Source of the DNA: Syncephalis fuscata S228
Lineage: Eukaryota; Fungi; Zoopagomycota
DNA length: 64,000 bases
Assembly: GCA_025786725.1 (NCBI GenBank)
Contig: JAHLTZ010000015.1
Location: forward strand, 124,001 to 188,000
Direction of reading: 5' to 3'
A model generated the notes under the pieces. The model had not been told where the DNA came from. It searched no databases and worked only from the letters and a program-made list of their open reading frames with translations. The translations under genes and the position numbers were made by a program. Of this stretch, positions 40,314 through 58,331 are shown one piece after another (the stretch's first letter is position 1; each line of letters starts with the position of its first letter).

Positions 40314-41646
40314 TTAACCAAGCAATACGGCATACGACATAAACTCTTTGTCATTAATTAGACGTTCACTATGCTCTTTTTCAATGGTAATGCATAAATC
40401 ATATCCAATTTTTGAAGTATTCGGAGATGGAGCCGAATCAAAAATGGCAACAAACATGCGACTCGTGTATATATAGCGTCGACAGCGCGTGGGCGTCCCT
40501 TCACCAAAATCAACGGTATAATAACCAAACTTTGACCAATCCGTATGAATAAAATCTGAAGTTGTTAGCCAATTTTCTCTTCTCTTAACCAAAGATTCAG
40601 TGCTATGGATTTCAGATCTTCCTACCCAAACATCAATTGGCTCGTTTTTTGCCACTGTAACAGCCTGGCGATGCATCGCCGATATACGACCAATACTAAG
40701 ATTAAGTACTTCACCAGCAGTCATTTGAAGGTTACTAAGATTAAGTGTATTACCAAAATAGTTATCAGGAAGGTCCGGCACAAAAGGCCGCATATTAACT
40801 GCTCCATTATTAATTACAATATGAGTGTTGGGTAGTTGCCGCGCTTTAATCGTTGCTCTCCATAACAGCATAATCACTACATCCATAGTTGAAAACCAAT
40901 CGGTTTCGCGTTCCTTTTCACTAAGTGATTCGATGGCTGTTTGTTTTAAAAGGGCCAATTTATCTGGACTAAAGTGAAATCCCAAAGCACAACCATCTTT
41001 TAATTTTCCACCATAATTCAGCTGCTCACCAATACTTGATGGGTGTTGTCTTTTTTGCGGCTTAATTAACGCTGAATCTAGTCGTAGTAGACGACGATCA
41101 TGATTAGGTATTATTGGTGCTTCTCCACGTGCTAAAGCGGCCCATGTCTTTAACAAAATAAAAAAGCCGCCTTCATCTGCAACATAATGATGGCAAGCAA
41201 TACACAGGGCTAGACCAGAATTATTAGCGAAACGGGTCAGCTGAACTGCAAATACCGGTTCTTCTTCGGGTGGCAAGCGAGAAAGTGCATCCAAGTCTGA
41301 CGAGACACAAGATTGTCCCCAGTTTGGTTCAAATATGGATATATCGTTGCTAGAAAACGATTCGCCAAATCTTACGCCTTGTTGAGATGGTCGTATCTCA
41401 TATTCACCATCATCTCGACAGGCGAATCGACCATAAAGAATAGGAAAGTATCTAGTGTTTTATGCAACGCTTCAACCAAAAATCCGTTGACATAAAATTG
41501 GCGCTTTGTTGTTCATTTTTATAGAATAAAAATCTTTGTGGGCATGTTGGTCCCACTACATAGTCAGCATGACATAATAGATATGTCTTATTAGCATGAC
41601 TATTTTTTGGCACTAGTCGTATTTCTGTTGTATAATCGATGGTCAT
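40314..41646 (-). CDS. BAHD/Tri101-type acyltransferase copy 3 (intronless)
   Basis: HHYVAD, YFGN and DFGEG motifs. Indels near 41455-41480 relative to copy 4. Confidence 0.88.
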
Positions 41647-42129
41647 ATTGGCAATGATATAGTACTAGAATAGTAAGAAATAAAAGAATGAAATGCGCAA
41701 GTCAATTATAACCTGCTATCCTTTGTATTTAAGTCGAACACATCAAGTGACAGTCCTAAATTAGTATGGCTATTCAATCAATCAGTTCTAGACTAAACAT
41801 GCAGTATGTCCGCATTTGGTTGTTCAACGCAATATGCATTATTCTATATTATTTACTGGAGCACTCACAATTAACACTAGCTCACATCGGCAGTATCCAT
41901 ATTCTAAAACCTAATACCTTAATCATTAATCATATTGTATTCATTGCTTTTAATATGTTTTATTTAATAAAATAGTAAATAACATTACAATACGCTATAT
42001 ATTTTTAATTATGCAACATTAAGTAAACACTTATTTATAGTTCCCATTATAAATATAATCTAATTATCTATTAGATCAAAACTTTCACTATTAACTTAAA
42101 CCAGCCATTTATTAATAATTCATTTAGGA

Positions 42130-43463
42130 TTAACCAAGCAATACGGCATACGACATAAACTCTTTGTCATTAATTAGACGTTCACTATGCTCTTTTTCAA
42201 TGGTAATGCATAAATCATATCCAATTTTTGAAGTATTCGGAGATGGAGCCGAATCAAAAATGATAACAAGCATGCGACTTGAATCTATATAGCGTCGACA
42301 GCGCGTGGGTATTCCTTCGCCAAAATCAATGGTATAATAACCAAACTTTGACCAATCCGTATGAATAAAATCTGAAGTTGTTAGCCAATGCGCTTTTCTG
42401 TCTTCCAAAGATTCAGTACTATGGATTTCAGATCTTCCTACCCAAACATCAATTGGCTCGCTCTTTACCGCTGTAATAGCCTGGCGATGCATCGCCGATA
42501 TACGACCAATACTAAGATTAAGTACCTCACCGGCCGTCATTTGAAGGTCACTAAAACTAACTGTATTACCAAAATAGTTATCGGAAGGTCTGGCACAAAA
42601 GGCCGCATATTAACTGCTCCATTATTAATTACAATATGAGTATCGGGTAGTTGCCGCGCTTTAATCGTTGCTCTCCATAACAGCATAATCACTACATCCA
42701 TAGTTGAAAACCAATCGGTTTTGCGTTCCTTTTCACTAAGTGATTCGATGGCTGTTTGTTTTAAAAGGGCCAATTTATCTGGACTAAAGTGAAATCCCAA
42801 AGCACAGCCATCTTTTAATTTTCCACCATAATTCAGCTGCTCACCAATACTTGATGGGTGTTGTCTTTTTTGCGGCTTAACTAACGCTGAATCTAGTCGT
42901 AGTAGATGACGATCATGATTAGGTATTATTGGTGCTTCTCCACGTGCTAAAGCGGCCCATGTTCTTAATATAAGAAAAAAACTACCTTCATCTGCAATAT
43001 AATGATGGCAAGCAATACACAGGGCTAGACCAGAATTATTAGCGAAACGGGTCAACTGAACTGCAAATACCGGCTCCTCTTCGGGTGGCAAGCGAGAAAG
43101 TGCACCCATATCTAACGAGACACAAGATTGTCCCCAGTTTGGTTCAAATATGGATATATCGTTGCTAGAAAACGATTCGCCAAATCTTACGCCTTGTTGA
43201 GATGGTCGTATCTCATATTCACCATCATCTCGACAGGCGAATCGACCATAAAGAATAGGAAAGTACTCTAATGTTTTATGCAACGCTTCAACCAAAACAT
43301 CCGTTGACATAAAATTGGCGCTTTGTTGTTCATTTTTATAGAATAAAAATCTTTGTGGACACGATGGTCTCGCTACATAGTCAGCATGACATAATAGATA
43401 CGTCTTGTTAGCATGACTATTCTTTGGTGTTAGCCATATCTCTGCCGTGTGATCAATAGTCAT
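42130..43463 (-). CDS. BAHD/Tri101-type acyltransferase copy 4 (intronless), recent tandem duplicate of copy 3
   Basis: HHYIAD and DFGEG motifs. Near-identical to copy 3 including the 3' flank (41983-42129 versus 40167-40313). One apparent deletion near 42583. Confidence 0.88.
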
Positions 43464-43900
43464 ATTGACAATGATATAATGGTGAGAATAATAGGAAATA
43501 GAAAAGCGAAAGGCGCAAGTCGGTCATAAACCTAATACCCTTTGTATTTAAGTCGAGCACATCTGATAGCAGGCCTGATTTAGCAGGCTTGTTCATCAAT
43601 CAGTTTTAGACTGAACACGTAGTATGTCCACATTTGGTTGTCCAACACAATGCACATTATTCTATACTATCTATCGGATGCATATGCACGCATTAAACTG
43701 GTATTGAAGTAAATATAGTAATGTAGCGTTGCAAGCAGTGTTATCAATATCAAATTCAAATTCAAATTCAAATACAAATACAAAAAGTGGTTCAGTTGTT
43801 ATTATTCATCACACATCTAATAGTGTTAAAGTGTTTATTTATGCACGGGCTGTAACGCTGCCATCATTAACTCTGTTATACCAATCATTGTATAGAGTAA

Positions 43901-44583
43901 TTAATGATGATGTGGCAATTGCTGGAATCGAACACCACCTATTAATACAAATATACATTAATATACATAATTACTATTACTATGCTTCTACTATTTATGC
44001 TTACAATATCCACATGTATTTGGTTTGCCATCATCCTACATTAACACATACACAAATTATTAGTTTATTAAACTATTTAAATACATAGGATTGTACTTAC
44101 TAGATTAATATAGACTTTAGGATGTCCCAAGGCACCGCCACCTAAATATTCAATCGAGTTGGAATTATTTACTACTGCACTAATAAACAATTATTTATTT
44201 TAAGCTTACCACCATCGCAGACTGCCCTGCGACCTTCCACTTGGACCACAGGAATCTCAGCAATAAGATCTATGGCGGCCATAGGTCTAGGCTACTCATT
44301 TACCAATATATTATATATAAATATGTATAATATGTATTACTATAGATATATACACGCTATTACACGTATGGAATCCTACCTGGGCCTCGAGTTCTGTTTG
44401 TTCAAAGCGCGCATTATCAATCGCCACTGATCGTTCGCGTTGATTCTTACTCCATAGACTAGAGCGATTGGGTGCTTGTTGAGCCGCGTCCTTTACCGGT
44501 GGATTGGCCAGTACGTCTGACTGGAAACGACGTGCCAATGTCACTACGGGCCGTTTACCAGCTAAAGTAATAGCACGAAGCAT
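43901..44583 (-). CDS. NDUFS6: NADH:ubiquinone oxidoreductase 13 kDa zinc-finger subunit (NDUFS6)
   Basis: QQAPNR..WSKNQ, ARFEQT, CDGGGGALGHPKVYINLD..CGYCG. Confidence 0.92.
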
Positions 44584-44750
44584 GATGAAGTATAAAAACT
44601 AAAAGAAAGGAGAAAACTAAACGATATCACATACGCACACACTTGTCCACACAGATATTCATTTGGTGTTGTTATTACCATTATTGTTAGTATTCTAACT
44701 TCTTTTTATCAACACGTCAACTACTATTACTGTCACTTCTACTATTACCG

Positions 44751-45279
44751 ATGATTGGCAAGGAGGAAGAGGAGCGTTTTCGCGCATTTATTAACCAACA
44801 GTTGGCTGAATCAGGAGAATATGATAGGTAAGAATATTGGCTACATAGACCTATGGATTCATAACAAACAATTTAGTCTTAAACAACATCTTCAACAACG
44901 TTTAACTGAGACTGGCTGGGTAGATCGTGTACAGAAACGGGCTAAAGGTACTTTATATACTTATATATATATAAATATATGTAATATTGGTCTACTTGTA
45001 TATTGTATCTAATATATCGATAAATACTAGAAACTATACGTTCCAAAGGTATCGAGAATGTAACAGTAGGCCAGTTAATGAGCGAAACAGGTCCTAGTGC
45101 ACTTGGTAAGTAGCGCATAATCGATGTCATTATTTAGTATTAACAAATATGAATTGACTAATTCATTTATTTATTTTTAATGTTAATGTTAAAACATAGC
45201 CGATGTTCCACCTGAGATATTAACCGATATTGTCGGTCGTTTACAAGAATTTATGAAGCAGCGTATATCGGATAATTGA
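44751..45279 (+). CDS. SUS1: SAGA/TREX-2 subunit Sus1/ENY2
   Basis: QQLAESGEYDRLKQHLQQRLTETGWVDRV...ADVPPEI over four exons. Confidence 0.88.
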
Positions 45280-45315
45280 ACAATTACGAATAGTATAAAT
45301 ATAGTATAAATACAT

Positions 45316-46591
45316 CTAATCGGTAGTGGCGACCTGGCGTTGTAGTTGTGGACGAGCCTCATCCCATGGACCGTGAATTTCACTGTAATCATCATCATCA
45401 TCATATTGCTATTAATAAGAAAGTTGAGCAATTTGATTTACTTACTTTTTGTATTTCTGTATCGAAATAAGCCACCATGTACAGACAAATGTAACAAATA
45501 GACACGTCAATACATAGATGAGCATTAGAGTCCATGAAATGTAATAATACATAACTGTGCACACCATAACAAGAATACACGTTAATATATTGCTATGTCG
45601 CATTGATAGTTTCTAAATTATATAAAATAATAGTAGAATAAGTATACGAGTGTCATTGCTTGTTGGTAATCTACCTTCAATTGACGACGAAGAATAGGAA
45701 ATAGAGCAAACCATTCAACGGCAGTTGATGTCAATGCAAATACATCTAAATTGTTATCAAGTCGTGAAGCAAGTAATACTGAAGCAAAAATTGCGGTATT
45801 GGTTGACATGGCTCCTGAAAATCTATAATACATATATGTATCGTTATTATAAACATAGTAGCTATTGCAAATGGTATACTGTCACCTACTGAATATTGCC
45901 CCGTTCTCCAGATCCATAGTCATGCATTAACATATTCGCTAGAAACATACAAACTGTCATGGCCCATATTGTATCCACGCTAATATCCTTGGTAAGTATA
46001 CGTAGAATAGGCGACAGACCAAGTAGAGTGGCAAATATAAAGAATGCACTCTTTAACGTGCCCCATCCTATAATAAAGTAGTGTTAGTCTGTTAATACAT
46101 AGTATGTAATGAATTCACATAATTAATACGTACGTTGTACTTTATACTGAACATCAAGTTGCCGTGTACTAATATCCCAGAATACATAGCCACCAATGGT
46201 TAATAAAGCACCAGACCAAATCAACAGATAAGATGAAAGCCGTTCCGTGTAAAGATATATAAATAGGGCGACAAATATCAATACACTCGTGGCATGTTGA
46301 AGAATAACACTGAAATCCTGTACTGTTGTCCAATAGTCATGAACACGTAAATTGGCTATTGATACCATAATTGTAATTATTAAATGATGTCTATACTAAA
46401 TAGAATGAATAATTACCATTACGCTGTAAATGTTCGAGAAATGTGACATCAACATAGTTATCTGGATATGGCTGCTTCATATAAAGCACCTTACGGAATA
46501 CAACACGTTCAGACGACCATGAACTACCCTCTTCTTCCGAAGAAGGCGTGGTACAAGTAGTTGATGCATCCGCCGTCTTTTTTACTTCCAT
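45316..46591 (-). CDS. GPI2: GPI-GlcNAc transferase subunit C (Gpi2/PIG-C)
   Basis: RKVLYMKQPYPDNYVD..FL, STNTAIFASVLLASRL, EIHGPWDEA. Confidence 0.93.
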
Positions 46592-46944
46592 TGTCGCTTG
46601 AGGGGAGTCAATAGCCGACTAGCAACAGTATTAGTAATAGTTACAAGAAAAGAACCGTTCACGATGAATAAGTAACTTACCGTCGGTGTCCACACCGAGT
46701 ACAGAACTGATCCTCCTCCTGAAAAACAGTGCCGTCTACAGGACAGAAAGTGGCCAACATTATAAAATGGAAAAAATAGATGTGAACGCGATGACGTGAT
46801 CTTGCTCAATCTCTCTCGTCTTTAACCAACACTCACACCTCTTTCGTTCTATTTACACTACTCTGCTGTGTACCAACTCATCTACTACTTTTACTACTTC
46901 TACTACTTCTCTACTCGTTACTCGTACATTTTTGTTTATTCATC

Positions 46945-49139
<2,195 letters not shown>

Positions 49140-49404
49140 ACGGAATACACGTGTGTGCATACACGTATAACTACTTGTGCCCTCAATAACCATGTGGTTA
49201 TTTGGCCAAGTGGTTGATTAAACGGCGATTACCAATAGGGTCATTTAAATAAATGGTTGATTTATCAATATAAAAAGTGTTAACTAACCAATGAGTCTAA
49301 AATAAAGCCATTAATAAATTCATTTAAATAGGAGACAGAAAGTATCAATGGTTTATTGAATAGTATGAGTGTGGAAATAGAGTGTGTCTAGTATTCCAAT
49401 TGGA

Positions 49405-50461
49405 TTAGACTAACTTCTTAGCCACAAAGAACTGTTTCAAATGGCGCATTTGCCAAACACAAGTGGCACCCAACACGGCCAATTGCATTATAGTCCACCA
49501 AACAACGCGAGAATTTGTAAGTTCGCTTTGGTCGCGGAAAGACATTTCACGATCCTATTAGTAATAAATAATGATTAAATAAATTTAATACAAAGATATT
49601 CCAACTTACACGTTGATAGTCTTGTTCACGCTTAATATCCTCAATACGGTTATTAAGTTCACGTACTTTCCAGTAAAGATCTATATAGCATAGCATAACA
49701 TTAGTTTAAATAATAATAGTTATTATTATTATTATTATTATTATAGTATTACCACTAAGTTTGGCATCTTTACGCTCAGTTGGGTCAGCTCCATCTTGAC
49801 CAACAATCATATCAAGGGTCAAACGCTAGACAATAAAACAATAGTTGGATTAGTTATTGTCAAATAGATGGTAGTAATTTGACTTACAATATGCGATGAA
49901 GAAAACCAGCCATCAGTAATGTTTGTTTGCAAACAGATAGTATGATCACCGGCTTCTGCCGATGTAAATACGAATCGACCATTGCTTGCGCCCTTTTGGT
50001 TGACCATTTTATAGCCTGGCTTCTCCTATTATAAGGATAGAGAAGAGAGTAAATGAATAAGTATATGGTGTATTATTATGGCTGTTAAATAAATAGCTAC
50101 TTGCCTCTACTGTGATTTGAATACCAATATTGTGGTTTTCAGCATAGAGATGCATTCCCTCGTTATATTCTTCGGCGCGATAATGTCCTATTCAGTAGCA
50201 GTAGTGTTCATAGGTGGTTAGCCAATCAGCGTATTCAGTGTATTCGTAGTCATAAAGTAATAACCACGCATTGCATATCTAGTTGTTGATCAGGCTATTG
50301 CGTCAGTACTTACCAACAACAAGTGTCTCCTTGGGCAGTTCTTCGATGAAGCATTTTGGATTAGAACCATCAAGGTAGAAATGGAACGCAGTGGTAAGTG
50401 GCACTACAGCCACTAGACCAAGTGCCAATAAGGCAAGACGCGAGACAGAATACGATAGCAT
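49405..50461 (-). CDS. p24/emp24 family cargo receptor, alpha type (Erp1/TMED9-like)
   Basis: Signal peptide, [19 protein letters not shown] domain, and [16 protein letters not shown] with a dilysine signal. Confidence 0.92.
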
Positions 50462-50732
50462 GGATAGACAGTAGATGAATAATAAACGATATGCTTTGTC
50501 ACAGTCGGTAAAGTAGAAAGATGACGACGACGACAAGGACAACGACGACAGCAACAATAACTGTAACAGTAACTAACTATGAATTCCGTAAAAGATACTC
50601 TTTGCGTGTGTGTGTGGGCCATCATCACTTATGGTTTAATGACAATGGACCAATGATAAAACACCACGCCAAATAGATTTAAAATTTTCTTTATTCCATT
50701 CAAATTTAACATATTGATATCTATTAACTTAA

Positions 50733-52176
50733 ATGTTGAAAGCTTACCGTATTTATTATGGTACAACGTATCAATTATCGAGATATAAGGCGTTTAGTCG
50801 TATAGGTTTACCACAAAGCTATACACATACTACTGCTCAGTAAGTTAATAAATAAAAGATATATTGTTACTTGTTATAGTGACCATGATCGATATATATA
50901 TATTAATGTATATATTAACAATATATAGTCAACCAATACAGCAGATAAATAGAAATATTAACAAAGTTATATCAAGTAATTCTTTATTACACTCGTCTAG
51001 CAATTATTGCACAAAATATGTACAACAAACAGCATTATCGCCATTAAATACGCGTCGAGTAGATGTTGTAACCAGTCAATTAATACGTATTACACCAATA
51101 GCTTCAATAAGTAGCAGTAATTCAAACGGAGGCATTGTTGATGGACTAGCATGGGGATTAGTTGGCTTATTAGAAGCACAACAATCACTGCTTATTTCAT
51201 TACATGAAGCTATTTCTTTTGCTGGTACAGCTTGTCCGTGGTGGGCAACGCTTATGATTGGTACGGTGGTGGTACGTACACTATTTACACTGCCTATAGC
51301 TATTGCCCAACAAAGATCAACGGCCCGTCTACTTGGACTACAGCCAATGCTTAAAGCATGGCAAGAAACGCTAGCCCGTCAATTGGGTCGTGAAGCGCGC
51401 GACCAGCGTTGGCATTTTGCTTACTATGAACAACAATTACAACGACGTGTAAGTTGCCCCTCCTCCCTCCACTCGTTTATTATATTAAATACTTATCCTA
51501 CACCACGGTAGTTTAGACGCAAGGTAAATGAAATTTATTGGCAACAGCGTTGTCATCCGGCTATGGGAATTGCCGCCATGATGATACAGATACCACTATT
51601 TATATCGATGTCACTGGCCGTAAGACGACTCTGCCATCAACCCATACCTTGGTTAGAAGCGTATTTTAATAATAGTGATAGCAATGATCGTGTGGCAACC
51701 GTGGCACTTGAAATGGCTCAACCAGAAGCCGGTCTTCTTTGGTGGACCGATTTAACTGCCATTGATCCTACGCTCGTTCTACCCGTAGTCATTGGACTTG
51801 TACATCTAGCAAATGTTGAATTAAATGCAGTAAGCCATTAATTAATTATAGTATTTGTTAATAATACTAAATACTTTGTATTAATATTAATGTAGAACGG
51901 TGCACGTAACTCATCACCGACAGTGTGGCAACAACGTATACGCTATGTATTACGCGGTGTCTCCATTGCTACTGTACCTATTGCGTCCCAATTACCTACA
52001 GTAAGTACTAATATAATTGTATATATTATATTGATATTGATATTATTTGTAATAAATAGGCTATTTGTATCTATTGGTGTACATCAGCCATTTACAGTCT
52101 ACTTCAAAATATTGCTTTTCAACGACCAACAATACAAACATGGTTTGGATTTCCATCTAAATCACGTCCATCTTAA
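50733..52176 (+). CDS. Oxa1/YidC family insertase (Cox18-like)
   Basis: PWWATLMIGTVVVR..TLP, QIPLFISMSLAVR, GLLWWTDLTAIDP..LP, LYWCTS. Confidence 0.85.
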
Positions 52177-52222
52177 TTTGTATTTTATTTAATAAAAATA
52201 ATAGTAAATTACATAATATTAA

Positions 52223-52977
52223 CTATTCCACATCCATTGCTTCATTATCCGACCCTTCTTCTTCGGATGATTCATCAGAGCTATCACTCTCATCACTCTC
52301 ATCTTCACTTTCTTCCTCTTCTTCTTTCATCATAATAATTTGAGGTGGTGAAGATGATGGCTTGTTATTAGTGCCTGGTAGACGGATTTCTGGCGTTAAC
52401 TCATCTTGATCGGCTTGTTGTGCCTCAAGTACGCCTAATCCCAGGTTCTATTTTTATTTGTTTATTAATCATCAAATAGCCATCAATTAAATAATTCATT
52501 TATCTTACCATTTCAATATATTCATCATCTTCTGACACAGCTTCTATATCATATTGCTGTGGGTCTTGGTTATTTGCTGGAATAATGTTTGGTTTGCTTG
52601 TTGCATCTGTGGTAAAAATGCCGATACTCTTGCCAGTACTATTGTAATTATAACTGATCAATTAACTGTATTGTATCTAATTAATAGACTTACAATCGTT
52701 AGGTGCATTAATATGCGAAATAGCTGGTTTAGTTTTTGGTTGGTTTTTTAATTGTTCAGTATCCATTATATCCTTGGATTTATTATCAGCGGTAGGTGAT
52801 GTTTCTAGACCTAGTCGTTGAGCTATTTAACATATCATGTAAGTATATTCATTGGCCATATTGTAGTATTGCTATCAATTTACCTATAGAGCGTTGGCCA
52901 GCATTAAGCAGGTCTTTTGAAGCTGGAGAAGAGCTTGAAGCTTCATTATTGTTGTCATTGGATAGTGAAGACGACAT
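52223..52977 (-). CDS. DUF4598/NOPCHAP1 (C12orf45)-like acidic protein
   Basis: LLARVSAFLPQMQQAN...YDIE....EYIEMNLGLGVLE followed by an acidic tail. Confidence 0.75.
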
Positions 52978-53208
52978 TTCCTCCAAGTCTTTGTTATTGC
53001 TATTGCTACTATTACAATAGCTGTACAGTAACAATACTACTAGTGGTTCAATGTAAAATGAAGCAAGAAAGAATTGCAAAAATAACAAATAATGTTTTTT
53101 TTGTTTTTATTCTTTAATCGTTTAGTACAATAGTCATACAATTCTATTGATTATTGTCTAGTCTATCTGTTTTTCATTAACAACCTATAACATACACTAG
53201 TGTACACG

Positions 53209-54423
53209 ATGCCTCGGGAAATAGAGCCGTCGATTAATGAGCGCGAATTTGTACTGGCCGCACTAGGCAGGGCAAGCGTGTTGACGGCCGCACGCCATAT
53301 GATACGCGATCTATCGATGTACAGTTGGGACCTGCCTATGGATTGGCCGAAGTAGCCCTGGGTAAAACGCGGTAAGTAGCAAGTAGATACACGTCTCTTC
53401 ATCGCTTAGACAATCAAGCTTACCTACCCGATACTAGTGTTGTGGCAAAAGTATCAGCTCAAGTTGTACGTCCTTTTCCTGACCGTCCTAATGAAGGCCA
53501 ATTCCAACTAAGCTTGGAGCTATCACCTATGGCATCACCAACCATCGAAACGGGTCGGTAAGTATAGTACTATTTAAATCAAATGTATTTATTATTTATG
53601 CATAATATGTTGTTTATAAAGAATGTCGGAGGAAGAGGTTCTAGTAACGCGTGTATTAGAGAAAGCAATCCGACAAAGTCGAGCAGTAGATACAGAAAGT
53701 CTATGTATTTTGGCAGGAGAAAAGGTATGCAATTAAAGTATACTAGAATTGTAAACAGTATTTAATCTGCTATTACTTATCATACTGTTATACTTGTAGG
53801 TATGGTCAGTACGCGTCGATGTCCATGTATTGGATCATTATGGCAATCTTATTGATTGTGCCACTATGGCCACTATGGCGGCACTACTTCATTTCCGTCG
53901 ACCTGATATTACTATTGTTGGCGAGGAAGTTACAATTGTATCCTTTATGCCATTGTTAATGTTATTAATCAATACTATTATGAAGTTAATACTTGACCCA
54001 ACCTGTTGTTTAGCACTCATTAGAAGAACGTAATCCTGTTCCACTTTCATTACATCATATTCCTATCTGTGTTAGTTTTGCCTTTTTCCAACAAGGGTAA
54101 GTTATTATACTAGACTATTTATACAAGATATATACTAATATATATATAGTGAACAATTGGTAGTAGATCCAAGCCATTTAGAAGAACGACTACAAGATGG
54201 AGATATGACTGTAACCGTAAACACACATCGTGAATTATGTGCACTCTCAAAAGCTGGTGGAGCACCATTACCACCTGCACAAATACTACGTTGTATTCAA
54301 TTAGCCACAACAAAAGGTGCTGAAATGACTGAATCTATTCAGAATGCCGTACATAAATCATTAGCCATTCTTTTACCAGGTGGTCAAAAAGGAGGCGGTG
54401 GTGGCATTGGACTTGATCGATAA
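53209..54423 (+). CDS. RRP45: Exosome RNase PH-like subunit Rrp45
   Basis: MPREIEPSINEREF, RVDGR, RAVDTESLCILAGEKVWSVRVD, AALLHFRRPD. Apparent deletion near 53266. Confidence 0.93.
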
Positions 54424-54819
54424 TTAGCATAATTAATATAAACAAAACCACTATTATTATACATATTATTATGTATATTATGATTATATGCACCGTTGTT
54501 ATGTTATTATGATTATATGTATTATTATTATTATTATTATATGGTAATTGAAAATAGATTGATCTTATTGAGAAAAATGACAATTAGAATTGAAATAACT
54601 ACCATATAATTGTAGTTACAGCACTACCGTTATTCTATGATTTTTATAACTATCGACAAATACTATTGTCGACATTTACAATCATTGAATAACAATTTAA
54701 ACCACAAACACGTATATGCCAATATATGAGCCATGGTAAATAGAAATCACCTCCATTACGCCTAGCTATGCTTAATGGTTCGATCGTAGTTACCAAGGTC
54801 ATTGTGCAATACACCAAGC

Positions 54820-55871
54820 CTAAGTATCCACCTTGTTGATACCAAAGATGCGAACCCGATGCATTGAAGGCAGCTTGCCTACCAGCACGGCCAATAACGA
54901 GATGAAATTGACACAAAATGTAGATACATCATAATGTGTATAATGTGTGCTCATTAGAAATCTATAATAAATAGTCAGTGTTGTTGTTAATAAACTATAT
55001 AGAAATGACAATTACTATAGATGTCACGTACAGTATAGTGGGGACAGCTGTAAGAAATTTACGCGTCGGTGTAAATTGCTGTCCATCATCAATCTGTTCC
55101 CAAAGTGTCAAGCCATCGCTATCACCTTGATCAAACCGGAATGGTGCACCCAATGTCCAATGGAACATGAAAAAAGTAATCTATATAACGCAGCATCAAT
55201 AGTTAATATATGGATGACTAATGTAGACTGAAAATAATATAATGCCAAGAATTGTATAACTGTATAAATAGTAGTTATATTTTATGGATTGGAATCAATG
55301 CCGCCCATCATACACCAGGTGTGAGTGAATGAGTGAATGAGTGAGTGGGTGTGTGAATGGACGAGTAAGCATACACGCATCTCCACTACACAACACGTGT
55401 ATTCAATACAGTCACACCTGCTTGCCCCCCTTGAGCCTAGTTATGGCCTTACCACTATCACTACCACTATAGTAGATAGTAGTAGATAGTAGTAGGAGTA
55501 GCAGTAATAGCAATAGACTATGTTACTATGGCACAATACCTACCAGGTTATAGCTAAGTAGCGTTAAGGTCCAACTGGACTCGGTTGATGTGCCGGGTAG
55601 AGACGAAAAAAATAGCTTCATGGCCACTACAAAAAAGATATGAACCATCCAAGCACCTATATACATATATGCATACAAATAAATAAATACAATTAAACGT
55701 AGTATATAGTGTCGTTCATTTGGAATAGATTAGCTGGTGCGTAATAATATGCAGTGCATAATTACCGCGATAATTAACCCATGATGAGTTGGGATTCACA
55801 TGAGAACCCGAACTACTACTTCGACGATGATGGCCAGGTCGTTTAGGTACAGGTGCATTAGGTAAAGCCAT
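54820..55871 (-). CDS. ORM/ORMDL sphingolipid biosynthesis regulator
   Basis: VNPNSSWVNYRGAW, FHWTLGAPF, LTLWEQIDDG.QFTPTRKFL, KLPSMHRVRIFGIN. Confidence 0.94.
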
Positions 55872-56565
55872 TGGAATAAGCAAACTGTTGATTGAAATGG
55901 AGTTGTTCAAATGATAAACGAGGAAAAGCGCAAGGAACAAGGAGCTAACGTTGCTCGTGAGTTAAAGACCGAAACGACCACAACCGTCAGAAGAATATGA
56001 AGCCGTGTCAGAGAAAGAAATGCAGGCACGTAGTAAGAATGAACGAGACAATAGGAATGGATCTCAAAGGAAACCAACGAATTTTGAACGAGAAGCGGAC
56101 AAGTAAGCCGAAAAAGAAAGAAGGAAAGAGAATAAGTATGAGTAACCGTTATTATTATTATGTGGCCGGAAGATAAACACATTAGTTAGTTATTTTAAGC
56201 CTATTAGTCTCTATTTGTAAACATTATAGCACCGATACATTGATTTCATCACACCCATACACACATATATATATATACTGTCATCTATAACAAACACACA
56301 CACACACGTGCTTTCATGCTGGTATTTTCTCCGCATGGTACAAAACAAAGTCATTTGATGCATTAAGATGTCATATGATGACGGGCGTGTATTGACATGG
56401 ATAGACATGGGTGTGCACAAGTGTACTATCATCTTTCATGACTGTATTCCGTTATAGGTTTAGGCTGTTTAAAGGTTAGACTAGAGGGCTATAGAGCATA
56501 CAATGCATCACAAATGATTTATGACGATCGTTAATATGTTTCGGCAAGTCAACAGTGGAATGAAC

Positions 56566-58331
<1,766 letters not shown>

